Shown here: in pieces, positions 27,051 through 36,240 of the stretch | How positions within the stretch are numbered: position 1 is the stretch's first letter | Layout: each line of letters starts with the position of its first letter | Source: a virus | Length of the DNA: 64,000 nucleotides | Virus record (IMG/VR): IMGVR_UViG_3300029258_003681 | Strand: one strand, 5' to 3' | Notes under the pieces: generated by a model | Databases searched by the model: none | Seen by the model: the letters and a program-made list of their open reading frames with translations, nothing else | Told to the model about the DNA's origin: nothing | Position numbers and translations under genes: made by a program

Positions 27051-27572
27051 ATGCAAATGCCTCTTTTAGATATTGCGGGGTCTGGTGCGGAATTCAGCCT
27101 GGACCGAATGTACCGTTACAAGCTGTGGCGCGAGTGGGACAGCACCAAGGGCTGTGTTGCTTTTGTTGGTCTTAACCCCTCGACCGCTGATGAGAGGGTC
27201 GATGACCCTACTGTGAGACGTTGTATTAATTATGCAAAGGCGTGGGGATTTGGGCGTTTGGTCATGCTCAATATTTTCGCATTTCGTGCTACGGATCCGA
27301 AGATGATGATGGCGAACATGAATCCAGTTGGCCCAGGGAATATAGAGACGATTGTCGAAGTTGCTCGGTCTTCCAGCATGGTCGTAGCGTGTTGGGGTGC
27401 TCACGGAGCATATAGGGGCCAGGGGCGGCAGGTCATGGAATTGCTTGATAGGGCACGCGTTCCATTGCATTGTCTTGGCGTGACCAAGGGAGGGCATCCG
27501 AAACATCCTCTCTATTTGAAGAAGGATTTGAAGCCTGAGCTTCTGGAGGGATCTCTGTATGGGAGACGGTGA
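27051..27572 (+). CDS. DUF1643 family protein
   Basis: YRYKLWREW, GLNPSTAD...DDPTVRRC, NIFAFRATDP, PKHPLY. Confidence 0.9.
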   Translation: MQMPLLDIAGSGAEFSLDRMYRYKLWREWDSTKGCVAFVGLNPSTADERVDDPTVRRCINYAKAWGFGRLVMLNIFAFRATDPKMMMANMNPVGPGNIETIVEVARSSSMVVACWGAHGAYRGQGRQVMELLDRARVPLHCLGVTKGGHPKHPLYLKKDLKPELLEGSLYGRR

Positions 27573-27879
27573 GAATCTGGGCGATGTAGTGACGCCTGAC
27601 TTTGGATCTGCGCGATTGGATGTGAAGCGGCGCCGACCGGGTGACTGCAAGCATACTCGTGTGATTGTTGATCCAGTCTTGCGGCGTGTGGAATGTCGTG
27701 ATTGTGAATCTGTGGTGGACCCCATACAGGTGCTTGTCCAGTATGCGGAAGGGGAGAGAAATTTCCAATATCGGCAGGAATCTATAGATAGGTTAGCAAA
27801 ACGTGTTAAAGAGTTGGCTGCTGAGGAGAAGCGCATCAAGGCGAGGATCTATCGCGCCAAGAAAAAGATTAGAAGATGA
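27559..27879 (+). CDS. Hypothetical protein (CxxC + coiled coil)
   Basis: CKH...VECRDC...VDPIQVL. Confidence 0.6.
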   Translation: MGDGENLGDVVTPDFGSARLDVKRRRPGDCKHTRVIVDPVLRRVECRDCESVVDPIQVLVQYAEGERNFQYRQESIDRLAKRVKELAAEEKRIKARIYRAKKKIRR

Positions 27880-28565
27880 CTGAACAAGAGCAATTGATTA
27901 TTGGAATCTACGAACATGCGTTGAGTACTGTTGTTGGTGCTGGGTTCGAGTGGGAAGTTGACCACGTTCGAAGTCTCAGTTTTGAGGCTTTGGATGAGTC
28001 GAGGTTTCTGAGCGAGTTCACGTGGGTGGTGTTCAATTCGGGCATGCGCGAGTCTGTGATCAGTGCGAAGTGGAGAGATCTGACCGTGGCGTTCTCGGGG
28101 TTTTTGAGCGCTCAGTTGATGCTGGATGATGAGGCATTTGGGCGTGAGATGATGACGCGGATCTTCAACAACAAGCGGAAGATCGACGCGGTTTATTCGA
28201 TGGCGAGGCGCGTGAAGAATGAAGGGTGGGAAGCGATCCATCAACGTATTGAGACGAAGGGGGTTGGCTATCTTCGGTGTTTCCCGATGATTGGTCCAGT
28301 TACGTGTTTTCATTTGGCTCGCAATTTGGGGATGGATGCTGTGAAACCTGATCGTCATCTTGTGCGAATGAGTGGGACATTGGGCTGTCGGGATCCCTTG
28401 GAGATGTGCAGTGTCGTTGCGGAGCATACAGGCGAGAGGATCGGTGTTGTCGATGTTGTTTTGTGGAGATGGGCCACGGTGGCCCCTAATTATATTGAAT
28501 TGATGACAGGAGGAAAAGATGGAAGAAGCAGTGGTTGTGAAGTTGCCTGTGACGGTGCTGGCTGA
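27876..28565 (+). CDS. Helix-hairpin-helix DNA glycosylase-like protein
   Basis: NNKRKIDAV, LRCFPMIGPVTCFHLARNLG, VKPDRHLVR. Confidence 0.6.
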   Translation: MTEQEQLIIGIYEHALSTVVGAGFEWEVDHVRSLSFEALDESRFLSEFTWVVFNSGMRESVISAKWRDLTVAFSGFLSAQLMLDDEAFGREMMTRIFNNKRKIDAVYSMARRVKNEGWEAIHQRIETKGVGYLRCFPMIGPVTCFHLARNLGMDAVKPDRHLVRMSGTLGCRDPLEMCSVVAEHTGERIGVVDVVLWRWATVAPNYIELMTGGKDGRSSGCEVACDGAG

Positions 28566-28836
28566 ACTCGTAGCAAGCGCAGACAATCTGGCCGAGGGAG
28601 TACAAGCTCTCGAAAATCTAAACAGACAGTGGGCTGTTGTTTTTCGGACGCGGGCTGCTGCGATTTCCGATCCTCCCGAGGGGTTGAAGACGCAGGTTGC
28701 GCCTTTCGAGGACCGCGAGGAGATGGTGGCTTTTTTGGAGAAGGCCCATACCGATCCGTATCTCGACGTGGTTGCGGCGCTGAAGAACGGTGTCCCGCGC
28801 AATGTGAAGATCAAGGTCCAGGTGCAATTCAGATAG
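28519..28836 (+). CDS. Hypothetical protein
   Basis: 105-aa ORF. Confidence 0.5.
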   Translation: MEEAVVVKLPVTVLAELVASADNLAEGVQALENLNRQWAVVFRTRAAAISDPPEGLKTQVAPFEDREEMVAFLEKAHTDPYLDVVAALKNGVPRNVKIKVQVQFR

Positions 28837-28849
28837 GAGAGAGGATTTT

Positions 28850-29074
28850 ATGTCAAAGTCGACTGGGGACAGGGAGCATCTTCGGCACCCACATGATGTG
28901 ATAAAGGTCGGTGGTCATTGCTACAACGAGATGGGGTATACCACTTGTCACTTTTGGCGTGCTAATCCAGGGCGATGCGATTTGTTCGGTGAGCATGGCG
29001 TGAAGAAGAGCGACAGTCGTGCCTTGGTAATTTGTGACAAGGTGTACGGGAAAGACTACAAAGGGAGGCCGTGA
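28850..29074 (+). CDS. Small Cys-rich protein
   Basis: SD GAGAGG, several Cys. Confidence 0.5.
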   Translation: MSKSTGDREHLRHPHDVIKVGGHCYNEMGYTTCHFWRANPGRCDLFGEHGVKKSDSRALVICDKVYGKDYKGRP

Positions 29075-29586
29075 TGGATGATAAGAAGCCTGACATTGAT
29101 CAGCGCGAGGAGTTTTTTTTCGAGAAAGAGACACGCAAACACCAGCAGGAGGTGGCGAAGATTATGATAATGTTCGCCCAGGAACTGCTGCGTCGTGCGA
29201 TGGTTCACGATGCTTCGAAGCTGGAGGATCCTGAGCGAGAGGGATTCAAGAAGGCTACGCCTGGTCTTCGCGATCTGACCTATGGGTCGGCTGAGTACTC
29301 GGAGGTGCTGAAGGAAATGGGGCCGACGCTGAGACATCATTACGCGCACAATGATCACCATCCCGAGTACTTCGACACGGACCCGAGTTGTAATGGCGTG
29401 GACGAGATGAGTTTGTTCCAGGTTGTGGAGATGATTTGTGACTGGATGGCGGCGGTTAAGCGTCATGCGGACGGGGACATATTCGATAGTCTACGGAAGA
29501 ATAAAGTGCGGTTTGGGATGGGTCCTCAGTTGCACAAGATCCTTATCAATACGGCCCACCAGATCAAGGAGATGGACGATGACTGA
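29071..29586 (+). CDS. DUF5662-like HD-domain protein
   Basis: HDASKL...HHYAHNDHHPEYF...EMICDW. Confidence 0.8.
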   Translation: MMDDKKPDIDQREEFFFEKETRKHQQEVAKIMIMFAQELLRRAMVHDASKLEDPEREGFKKATPGLRDLTYGSAEYSEVLKEMGPTLRHHYAHNDHHPEYFDTDPSCNGVDEMSLFQVVEMICDWMAAVKRHADGDIFDSLRKNKVRFGMGPQLHKILINTAHQIKEMDDD

Positions 29587-30091
29587 TGAAAAAAAAGTAG
29601 TCGAAAATGTAGAAGATGAGCCAGAAGACGATGTTGTTCGGGGTTTGCTGCAAGAGAGACTGGAGAGGCGCCGTGATAATGAGCGTCTTGAGATGCAGAT
29701 CAAAGAGCTGATGACGCAGCTGGAAGATGAGCGCCATGAGTTTAAGCGCAAGCAGCTCGGGATGTCGACTCTCGTAACGGTCCTGATGGATGCGCGATTT
29801 GGAGAGGGTGGGGACGTCTATATTGGGCGCGAACAGTTTGTGCGCTGGGCGACCGAGGGAGCAGCTGCCAAAGAAGATAATGCAATGCTTCGCAAGGAGC
29901 TGGAGAAAGTGCGCGATGAGTTGCGGATGTTGCAGTCCAGCACTATTACGCACAGGATGGCTCTTCAGGAATCGACTGGGATCAGGCTTGCCGAGTTAAT
30001 TGCAGAGCGTGATGAGCTAATAAAATTGGTCAACGAAACTGTTGTTAGGGAGGATCCAGATGCCGATCCAGAAGAAAGTAAAGATAGCTGA
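29579..30091 (+). CDS. Coiled-coil hypothetical protein
   Basis: Heptad-rich ORF. Confidence 0.55.
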   Translation: MTDEKKVVENVEDEPEDDVVRGLLQERLERRRDNERLEMQIKELMTQLEDERHEFKRKQLGMSTLVTVLMDARFGEGGDVYIGREQFVRWATEGAAAKEDNAMLRKELEKVRDELRMLQSSTITHRMALQESTGIRLAELIAERDELIKLVNETVVREDPDADPEESKDS

Positions 30092-30521
30092 TGCGCTAGA
30101 GGTTCTGAATCGAGCGGTTGAGGCCGATCGTGAGGCGATGGCTGCGTTGCGTGGTGCCAAGGTGCCGTGCAATGAGAAGCTGGCGAAGGATCCGACGATT
30201 CAGTGCGGGATGGAGAGAGTCCCTGGTTCTGTTCACGATGTGTGGGAAGAGGATGACCCTGTGGAGGTTGGTGGTAGGGATGTCTACAATGTGGGTTTTC
30301 TTGGTATTTTGAACGGTATCTTTGGTGTGGATGATCGCACTGGGTATGGACCTATCGCTGCGGTATTTGAGGTGTTGTGTGCGAATTGCAAGCTGGATCC
30401 CCAAAAGGACAAAGTGCGTGTGGGCGATCCCTGTCCTCATTGCGGGGTTGCGTTGAAGCTCGGACCGCTACGTAAGTTTATAGCGGTCGATCAGAGCAAA
30501 TTGCCAACGTTGGAACGGTAG
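30060..30521 (+). CDS. Hypothetical protein
   Basis: LNRAVEAD..A...VGFLGILNGIFG; Zn-ribbon insert. Confidence 0.6.
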   Translation: MPIQKKVKIADALEVLNRAVEADREAMAALRGAKVPCNEKLAKDPTIQCGMERVPGSVHDVWEEDDPVEVGGRDVYNVGFLGILNGIFGVDDRTGYGPIAAVFEVLCANCKLDPQKDKVRVGDPCPHCGVALKLGPLRKFIAVDQSKLPTLER

Positions 30522-30552
30522 CGCGAACTCCAGTTCGTGGTTGGAGGAGCTG

Positions 30553-30942
30553 ATGAGTCGAGAAGCCGAACTCTCTTTACTTGAATCGGTGGTGGGGATA
30601 GCGCGGGGTATCCGTCTCCCTCCTGTGCGTTTAGAGGCGGAAGTGGTGCAGGCGCTCGGGGAGGCTCTCACGGCTGTTGGCATTGCCTACGAGCGCGAGG
30701 TGACGGTTGCTCCTCGGTGCCGTGTGGACTTTCTTGTTGAGGGTGGCGTTGCGATCGAAGTCAAAAAGGGGAAGCCCAACACGAAGAGTGTGGCGGCACA
30801 GGTTCGACGCTATGCGGCTGGCGAGGATGTAACGGCCGTTGTGTTGGTGAGCGAACGCGGCTTGGTTTATCATATTGACGAGGCGCATGGTAAGCCGATC
30901 AGGTACGTAGCGCTCTCGAAAAACTGGGGTTTAACGATATGA
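30553..30942 (+). CDS. PD-(D/E)XK endonuclease-like protein
   Basis: YEREV...RVDFLVEGGVAIEVK...QVRRY. Confidence 0.7.
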   Translation: MSREAELSLLESVVGIARGIRLPPVRLEAEVVQALGEALTAVGIAYEREVTVAPRCRVDFLVEGGVAIEVKKGKPNTKSVAAQVRRYAAGEDVTAVVLVSERGLVYHIDEAHGKPIRYVALSKNWGLTI

Positions 30943-31271
30943 GCAACAAAACGGGTGACACATATTCTACGGTGAGTTCCTGGGATGAGAGCGTTTTGAG
31001 TTTTGAGGAGCTGAGGGGAATGGTAGAAAAAGCGGCAAATAGCAGGGCGGAGTACATTTCGGAGGTGAGGAAGTACGTGGGTACTCTTAGGCTTTGCCCT
31101 TTGATTATCAAGATGTACGGTGGGATGGCCGAGGTGTTTGGGGTGGATTCCTTTGACAAAGAAGATATTTATTCTCCTCGGATGAAGATTGAGATGCCGA
31201 AGGCGTCGAAGGTTGATCCCCATTATTATTTTATCCTTTGTGGCGGAGGTGCCAGATATGATGGTCCCTGA
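30939..31271 (+). CDS. Hypothetical protein
   Basis: 110-aa ORF. Confidence 0.45.
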   Translation: MSNKTGDTYSTVSSWDESVLSFEELRGMVEKAANSRAEYISEVRKYVGTLRLCPLIIKMYGGMAEVFGVDSFDKEDIYSPRMKIEMPKASKVDPHYYFILCGGGARYDGP

Positions 31272-33171
31272 TTATCTGAAGGAGCCTACGCTGGAGGGGC
31301 ACAAGTACGGGAAGTTGGTTTTCTCGGAGAAGGATAATCTGTTTCGTCTCACGGGCGAGGCGTTGTTGTTGCAGTATGCAAAGCGGATCTTCCCAGGCGC
31401 GCGCGTGACGCGTGGTGGTGGTGGTTTTTTGGAGTTCCATCGAACGCGACGTGAGGTGGCTGATCTGAATTGGCTGTTGATGCGTTTCCCTGTGGATGTG
31501 AGCCAGTGCAAAGGAGTGCTGGAGCAGGCACGGGGGGAAGCAATTGATCAGATCAATCGTCGGATATCGGGTGCGGATCGGCGCCGAACAACTCCTCCTG
31601 CTGACTTCCTTGGAGATCTTTATCCGTTCCAGGAGACGGCTGTTACTTTCATGGCCACCAACCGACGTTGTGTGCTCGGGGATGGGATGGGGCTCGGGAA
31701 GACGTGGAGTGGTCTTGCGGCTGCGGCGACGGCGAATGAGTACCCGACTTTGATAGTGTGCCAGACGCACGTGCAGAAGCAGTGGCAGCGAATGATCGGG
31801 ATGCTGTTTGATCTTCCTGGTCTGAAGGGCGCACGGGACATGGATCCCTTTGATCTGGCGACGAAGCGTGGGCAGGCGCTGGCTCCGATCCTCAAGACAC
31901 AGACTCCGTACAGGCTTCCCAATACGCCATTCGCTATCATCCACTATGGTTTGATTTCGTGGTGGAGTAAGGCGCTTCTGGCGCGTCGTTTCAAGTCGGT
32001 CATTTTTGACGAGGTGCAGGAGTTGCGGCATACGGGGACTGCGAAGTACTCGGCGGCATCGAGGATGTCTGAATCTGCGGAGAACGTATGGGGTCTCTCG
32101 GGGACGCCAGTCTACGGGTATGGGCAGGAGATCTGGTCGGTGATGAATGCGATTGATTTTCATTCGTTGGGGTCTCACGAGGCGTTCACGCGGGAGTGGT
32201 GCACGGGGTACGGGGAGAAGATCGTGTCCGATCCGAAGGCGTTGAACGGCCATTTGGCGCGCGAGGGTTTGCTCTTGCGGAGGAGGGCGACCGACGAGGA
32301 GGTAGCGATCGACTTGCCCAAGGTGATGCGGAAGGTGGAGGACCTAAACCACGATGAACGGCTGTACGATAAGCTGATCAGCAAAGTTCGGCAGCAAGTG
32401 CGTTCTTACGATTCGGCAAGATTCCACATTAAAGGGCAGTTGGCGCGATCGATTGAGCGTGAGTCGCGTCGTGCCACGGGGGTGGCGAAGGCTGCATATG
32501 TCGCTGAGTTTATTGCGAGCCTGATCGAGAGCGGAGAGCGTCCTCTCGTCTATGCGTGGCACCATGATGTCCACGATATTTATCAAGGACGGTTGAAAGA
32601 ATATAATCCTGCAATTTTCACGGGAAAACAGTCGGTGGCCCAGAAGGACGCGAGCCTAAAAAAATACATGAACGGGGATACTCCATTGGCGCTCTTGAGT
32701 CTTCGTTCGGCTGCTGGGCTGGATGGCTTGCAGTACCGTGCGTCGATGTGTGTTTTTGGTGAGTTGGACTGGTCGCCTGCGATACATTCCCAGTGTGAGA
32801 CGCGGATTGCTCGAATCGGTGTGGACAAGACGCTGGTTGATGTTCCGAGTTATTATTGCGTGACCAGTGTGGGTCATGACGAGATGATGCTTGACGTTTT
32901 GGGGGTGAAGACTGGACAGTTCGTTGGGCTGATGGGGGACGAGCCTGAGAGTTACGAGGAGAAGAAGGCTGCGGAGGAGCGTGCAGTTCGCAGAATTGAT
33001 CTGTTGGTGGAAAAACTTGCTGACGAAGAAAAGGATCAGTGGAAAAAACCTCCCAAACAGAATAAGATAAAAAAGAAGCGGTTGAGTGTGTTGCCTCAAA
33101 AGACGAGGAATCGCAGACAGTTGTTAGGTGTTTTCAGTGGGAAGTTGAGAGATGGCAGAGCGAGCGATTGA
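31258..33171 (+). CDS. SNF2-family helicase/translocase
   Basis: LGDGMGLGKT, IFDEVQ, LSGTP, AAGLDGLQ, ELDWSPAIHSQCETRIARIG. Confidence 0.92.
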   Translation: MMVPDYLKEPTLEGHKYGKLVFSEKDNLFRLTGEALLLQYAKRIFPGARVTRGGGGFLEFHRTRREVADLNWLLMRFPVDVSQCKGVLEQARGEAIDQINRRISGADRRRTTPPADFLGDLYPFQETAVTFMATNRRCVLGDGMGLGKTWSGLAAAATANEYPTLIVCQTHVQKQWQRMIGMLFDLPGLKGARDMDPFDLATKRGQALAPILKTQTPYRLPNTPFAIIHYGLISWWSKALLARRFKSVIFDEVQELRHTGTAKYSAASRMSESAENVWGLSGTPVYGYGQEIWSVMNAIDFHSLGSHEAFTREWCTGYGEKIVSDPKALNGHLAREGLLLRRRATDEEVAIDLPKVMRKVEDLNHDERLYDKLISKVRQQVRSYDSARFHIKGQLARSIERESRRATGVAKAAYVAEFIASLIESGERPLVYAWHHDVHDIYQGRLKEYNPAIFTGKQSVAQKDASLKKYMNGDTPLALLSLRSAAGLDGLQYRASMCVFGELDWSPAIHSQCETRIARIGVDKTLVDVPSYYCVTSVGHDEMMLDVLGVKTGQFVGLMGDEPESYEEKKAAEERAVRRIDLLVEKLADEEKDQWKKPPKQNKIKKKRLSVLPQKTRNRRQLLGVFSGKLRDGRASD

Positions 33172-34189
33172 CAAATTCAAACGGATCAAAGCTCTGAAAT
33201 GCTTTAACCAGGTGGAGGAGATGCTGTACGCGGGATTCCCCGTGGCAGCAGTAGCAAGCTACATCCAAGTCAGGATGAACGAATACAAAGATGTGAAGCG
33301 CGGCTCCCTGATTGTTATGTTGAAGATGTTCAGGAAGACGTTGAGCGTGGATGGGTTGGTGCGTTCAAGCCTTCCTCGTGTATTCGTGGATGCGGAGAAG
33401 AAATTCGCGAACAAAATGAATGAGCTGGAGCGCTTGGAAGATCAGTATTTGCTGGACCAGTATCGGATGGATGTCCTTCATGGGGAGGAGCGCATGACGG
33501 GGGCGATTAATCCTCAAGTGGATAAGATCGGCAAGTCGATGCGTGATACTGTTGTAAAGATGCACAATATCAAGATGGATCTGGGGCTTGTTGGCTCTCG
33601 GGATCTGGGGACGATTACTGTGTCGGCGGAGCGTATTGAGTACATCAAAAATAAATATGGCGAGGGCGCTGCGAAGGCGTTTGCCGATCCTGTTTCTAGG
33701 GGCCGTGTGTTGGCTGCACTTAACGCTATCAGGCGTGCGGGTAATTTGCGCGATAAAGATGGGCAACCGTTGGAGCTTACACAGCACATGAAATTGTCTG
33801 ATGAGGAGCGTGAAAAAATAGTAGATGTCGAATATGAGGTTACGGATGGCGATGATGTGCCCGACGATGATGGGGAGGGTGAAGGGTCAGCGGGTGACGG
33901 AGGGCCACCCGAGCCGCCTTTTGTGCCGCGTGGTGACGATTTGAATGAAGCCGAAGGCGAGGAGGATTATGACGAACGTGTAGAAGCTTTGTCGCCAGAT
34001 CTTGAGCCAGGGGACGATGCTGTTCCTCCTCCAGTGAAGGATCCGCGTGTTGAGCCTGTGGAGATGGCTCCTGATCATGGGCGGATTGCGCCGAACTTGC
34101 CTCCTGGTCCAATGAAGCCAGGGATTCGTGCCAATGTTGAGAGTCGTATGACTACGAAGGTTCCGCCTAAGAAGGACAGTAAAGAGTGA
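33152..34189 (+). CDS. Probable terminase small subunit
   Basis: Directly upstream of and overlapping TerL; helical with acidic/Pro-rich tail. Positional inference only. Confidence 0.5.
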   Translation: MAERAIDKFKRIKALKCFNQVEEMLYAGFPVAAVASYIQVRMNEYKDVKRGSLIVMLKMFRKTLSVDGLVRSSLPRVFVDAEKKFANKMNELERLEDQYLLDQYRMDVLHGEERMTGAINPQVDKIGKSMRDTVVKMHNIKMDLGLVGSRDLGTITVSAERIEYIKNKYGEGAAKAFADPVSRGRVLAALNAIRRAGNLRDKDGQPLELTQHMKLSDEEREKIVDVEYEVTDGDDVPDDDGEGEGSAGDGGPPEPPFVPRGDDLNEAEGEEDYDERVEALSPDLEPGDDAVPPPVKDPRVEPVEMAPDHGRIAPNLPPGPMKPGIRANVESRMTTKVPPKKDSKE

Positions 34190-36237
34190 TTATCACCAAC
34201 AAGCACGGGCGTAAAAAATCCATTGTTACGCCTGACGAGATTGATATGCGTGCTGGTGAGATTGTCTCTACTTTATCTGAAGCAGAACAGGAATTGTTTT
34301 TCGGGATGATTGACGGCGATGCTGAGGAGCAGATGTCAGTTACCGAGACGATGATGGAGCATCGCTATCACACGCAGCCTGTGTCGATGGAGCAATTCTT
34401 GGAGGATCCCTACTACCTTGGGGAGTCGTGCTCGACGTTGTATCCAGAGTTGCGGAAGGATCTGATTGATCTTTTTGACTATCCATATCGCGAGGTGGTG
34501 TTGACAGGCGGCATTGGCGTGGGCAAGACCTTCGTTCTTTCGATTGCCTTGTGCCGCGTGTTGTACGAGTTGTCATGCCTTGTGGATCCGCAGCGGACGT
34601 TTGGTCTGTCGTCGGGCACCGAGATGGTGATTCCGCTCATTTCGAAAAACTTGATTCTTGCACGTGAGGTGATGAAGACGGCGGTGGATGACAAGATCCG
34701 CGAGTCGGTTTATTTTATGGAGAAATTCGCTCCGAAGATCTCAAAAGAGAACACGGTTTTTCCTAACAATATTCGTGTAATTATAGGGTCGTACGGGTCG
34801 GAGCGTATATTGGGATCGAATGTGTTTGCGGTGGGGTTGGATGAGACGAACTTTCCGCCTACGCGTAAGTCTCAGCAGATCACTACAGCGATTGGGCAAC
34901 GCAAGACGGTTGCGCATTTCGATCCCGTTGAGAAGGTGTATCGAAGCCTGTTGCGTCGTATCAAATCCAGATTTCAGAAGGCTGGAGGGGATTTCCCTGG
35001 GATGGTGATCTTGGCGTCGTCGGCTGCGACGCTGGAGAGTTTTACTGAGCGCAAGATGAAGGAGAGCGCGAACGATCCCGAGGTGTTTGTGCGTGATCAT
35101 ACGCCGTGGACTGCCAAGCCTGAGACGGAGTTTTGCGGTGAGAAGTTCTGGGTTATCTGTTCAACATCGTCTATCCGTGCGCGAATCTTGGATGAAGACG
35201 AGTATGACATGGTCACCGATGATTACTTGCTGGAGAATGATGCATGGCTTATTGACGTTCCAATTGAATTTTTGAACGATTTTGAAACGGATCTGGAGAA
35301 TGCTCTTCGAGATATTGCGGGTATTTCTACACAAGCAATTTCCGCGTTTATCCAGCGTGTTGACATGGTGGATAATTGTGCGGATGACAACTTGCCGCAT
35401 GCGTTTTCGCTGGGGGAATGGACGGCAGGCGGCCCTGGATCATTCAAGTGGAGGCAGCTGTGTAAGGAGTTCGAGCGCAAGCTTCCTGGGGGATTCACAG
35501 AGACGGCGTTCAGTCCTCGCATCAACCCGAAGACATTACGTTGGTGCCATGTGGATACATCAGTCTCGGGCGACTGCACGGGATTTGCTGTGGGGCATAT
35601 TGATCGTTGGGTGGAAGTTGTGCGTAGGGAGGGGGGCAACGAGCGGTACTTGGATGACGCGCCGTTTTACCATATGGACATTATTCTGCGGATCAATCCG
35701 CCGCCAGGCGAGCAGATATATTTGCCTGATATTCGGCGCCTTGTGTACGAACTCCAGGCACATGGTTACAACTTTATGGGGTTCAGTACGGATAAATATC
35801 AGTACGTGGAAATGCATCAACAGGTGAGGCGGAGGGGCATCCATTGTGAATTAATTTCGATGGACGAAAAAACTGATCCGTATGACGAATTGAAGCGTGC
35901 GGTGTACGAGGAACGCATACGCTATCATAGGTATGAGCCTTTTATTGAGGAGTTGAAGCTTCTGGAATATGATCGTCTTGTGGGTAAAATTGACCATCCC
36001 CAGGCTGGGTCAAAAGATGTTAGTGACGCCGTCGCTGGGGTAGTGTATGGTTTATTACAGGGTTCAGCGCGCTTGCCAATTGGCGTCGGAGCTGATACTC
36101 ATAAGAGGAAGAGGCATGAACATGCGTGGGTGAGTCCTATGATTCCTGCATCGACGGTTGACATTGAAGAAGTTAGAGCGATGGCCGATGCGGCAACGGA
36201 TGATTCGGATTTCATGCCTATTTTGTTTGGAGACTAA
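34186..36237 (+). CDS. terL: Terminase large subunit
   Basis: VVLTGGIGVGKT (Walker A), VGLDE (Walker B), ILASS, HVDTS..GD..G and KDVSDAVAG (nuclease). Confidence 0.9.
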   Translation: MIITNKHGRKKSIVTPDEIDMRAGEIVSTLSEAEQELFFGMIDGDAEEQMSVTETMMEHRYHTQPVSMEQFLEDPYYLGESCSTLYPELRKDLIDLFDYPYREVVLTGGIGVGKTFVLSIALCRVLYELSCLVDPQRTFGLSSGTEMVIPLISKNLILAREVMKTAVDDKIRESVYFMEKFAPKISKENTVFPNNIRVIIGSYGSERILGSNVFAVGLDETNFPPTRKSQQITTAIGQRKTVAHFDPVEKVYRSLLRRIKSRFQKAGGDFPGMVILASSAATLESFTERKMKESANDPEVFVRDHTPWTAKPETEFCGEKFWVICSTSSIRARILDEDEYDMVTDDYLLENDAWLIDVPIEFLNDFETDLENALRDIAGISTQAISAFIQRVDMVDNCADDNLPHAFSLGEWTAGGPGSFKWRQLCKEFERKLPGGFTETAFSPRINPKTLRWCHVDTSVSGDCTGFAVGHIDRWVEVVRREGGNERYLDDAPFYHMDIILRINPPPGEQIYLPDIRRLVYELQAHGYNFMGFSTDKYQYVEMHQQVRRRGIHCELISMDEKTDPYDELKRAVYEERIRYHRYEPFIEELKLLEYDRLVGKIDHPQAGSKDVSDAVAGVVYGLLQGSARLPIGVGADTHKRKRHEHAWVSPMIPASTVDIEEVRAMADAATDDSDFMPILFGD

Positions 36238-36240
36238 CGC

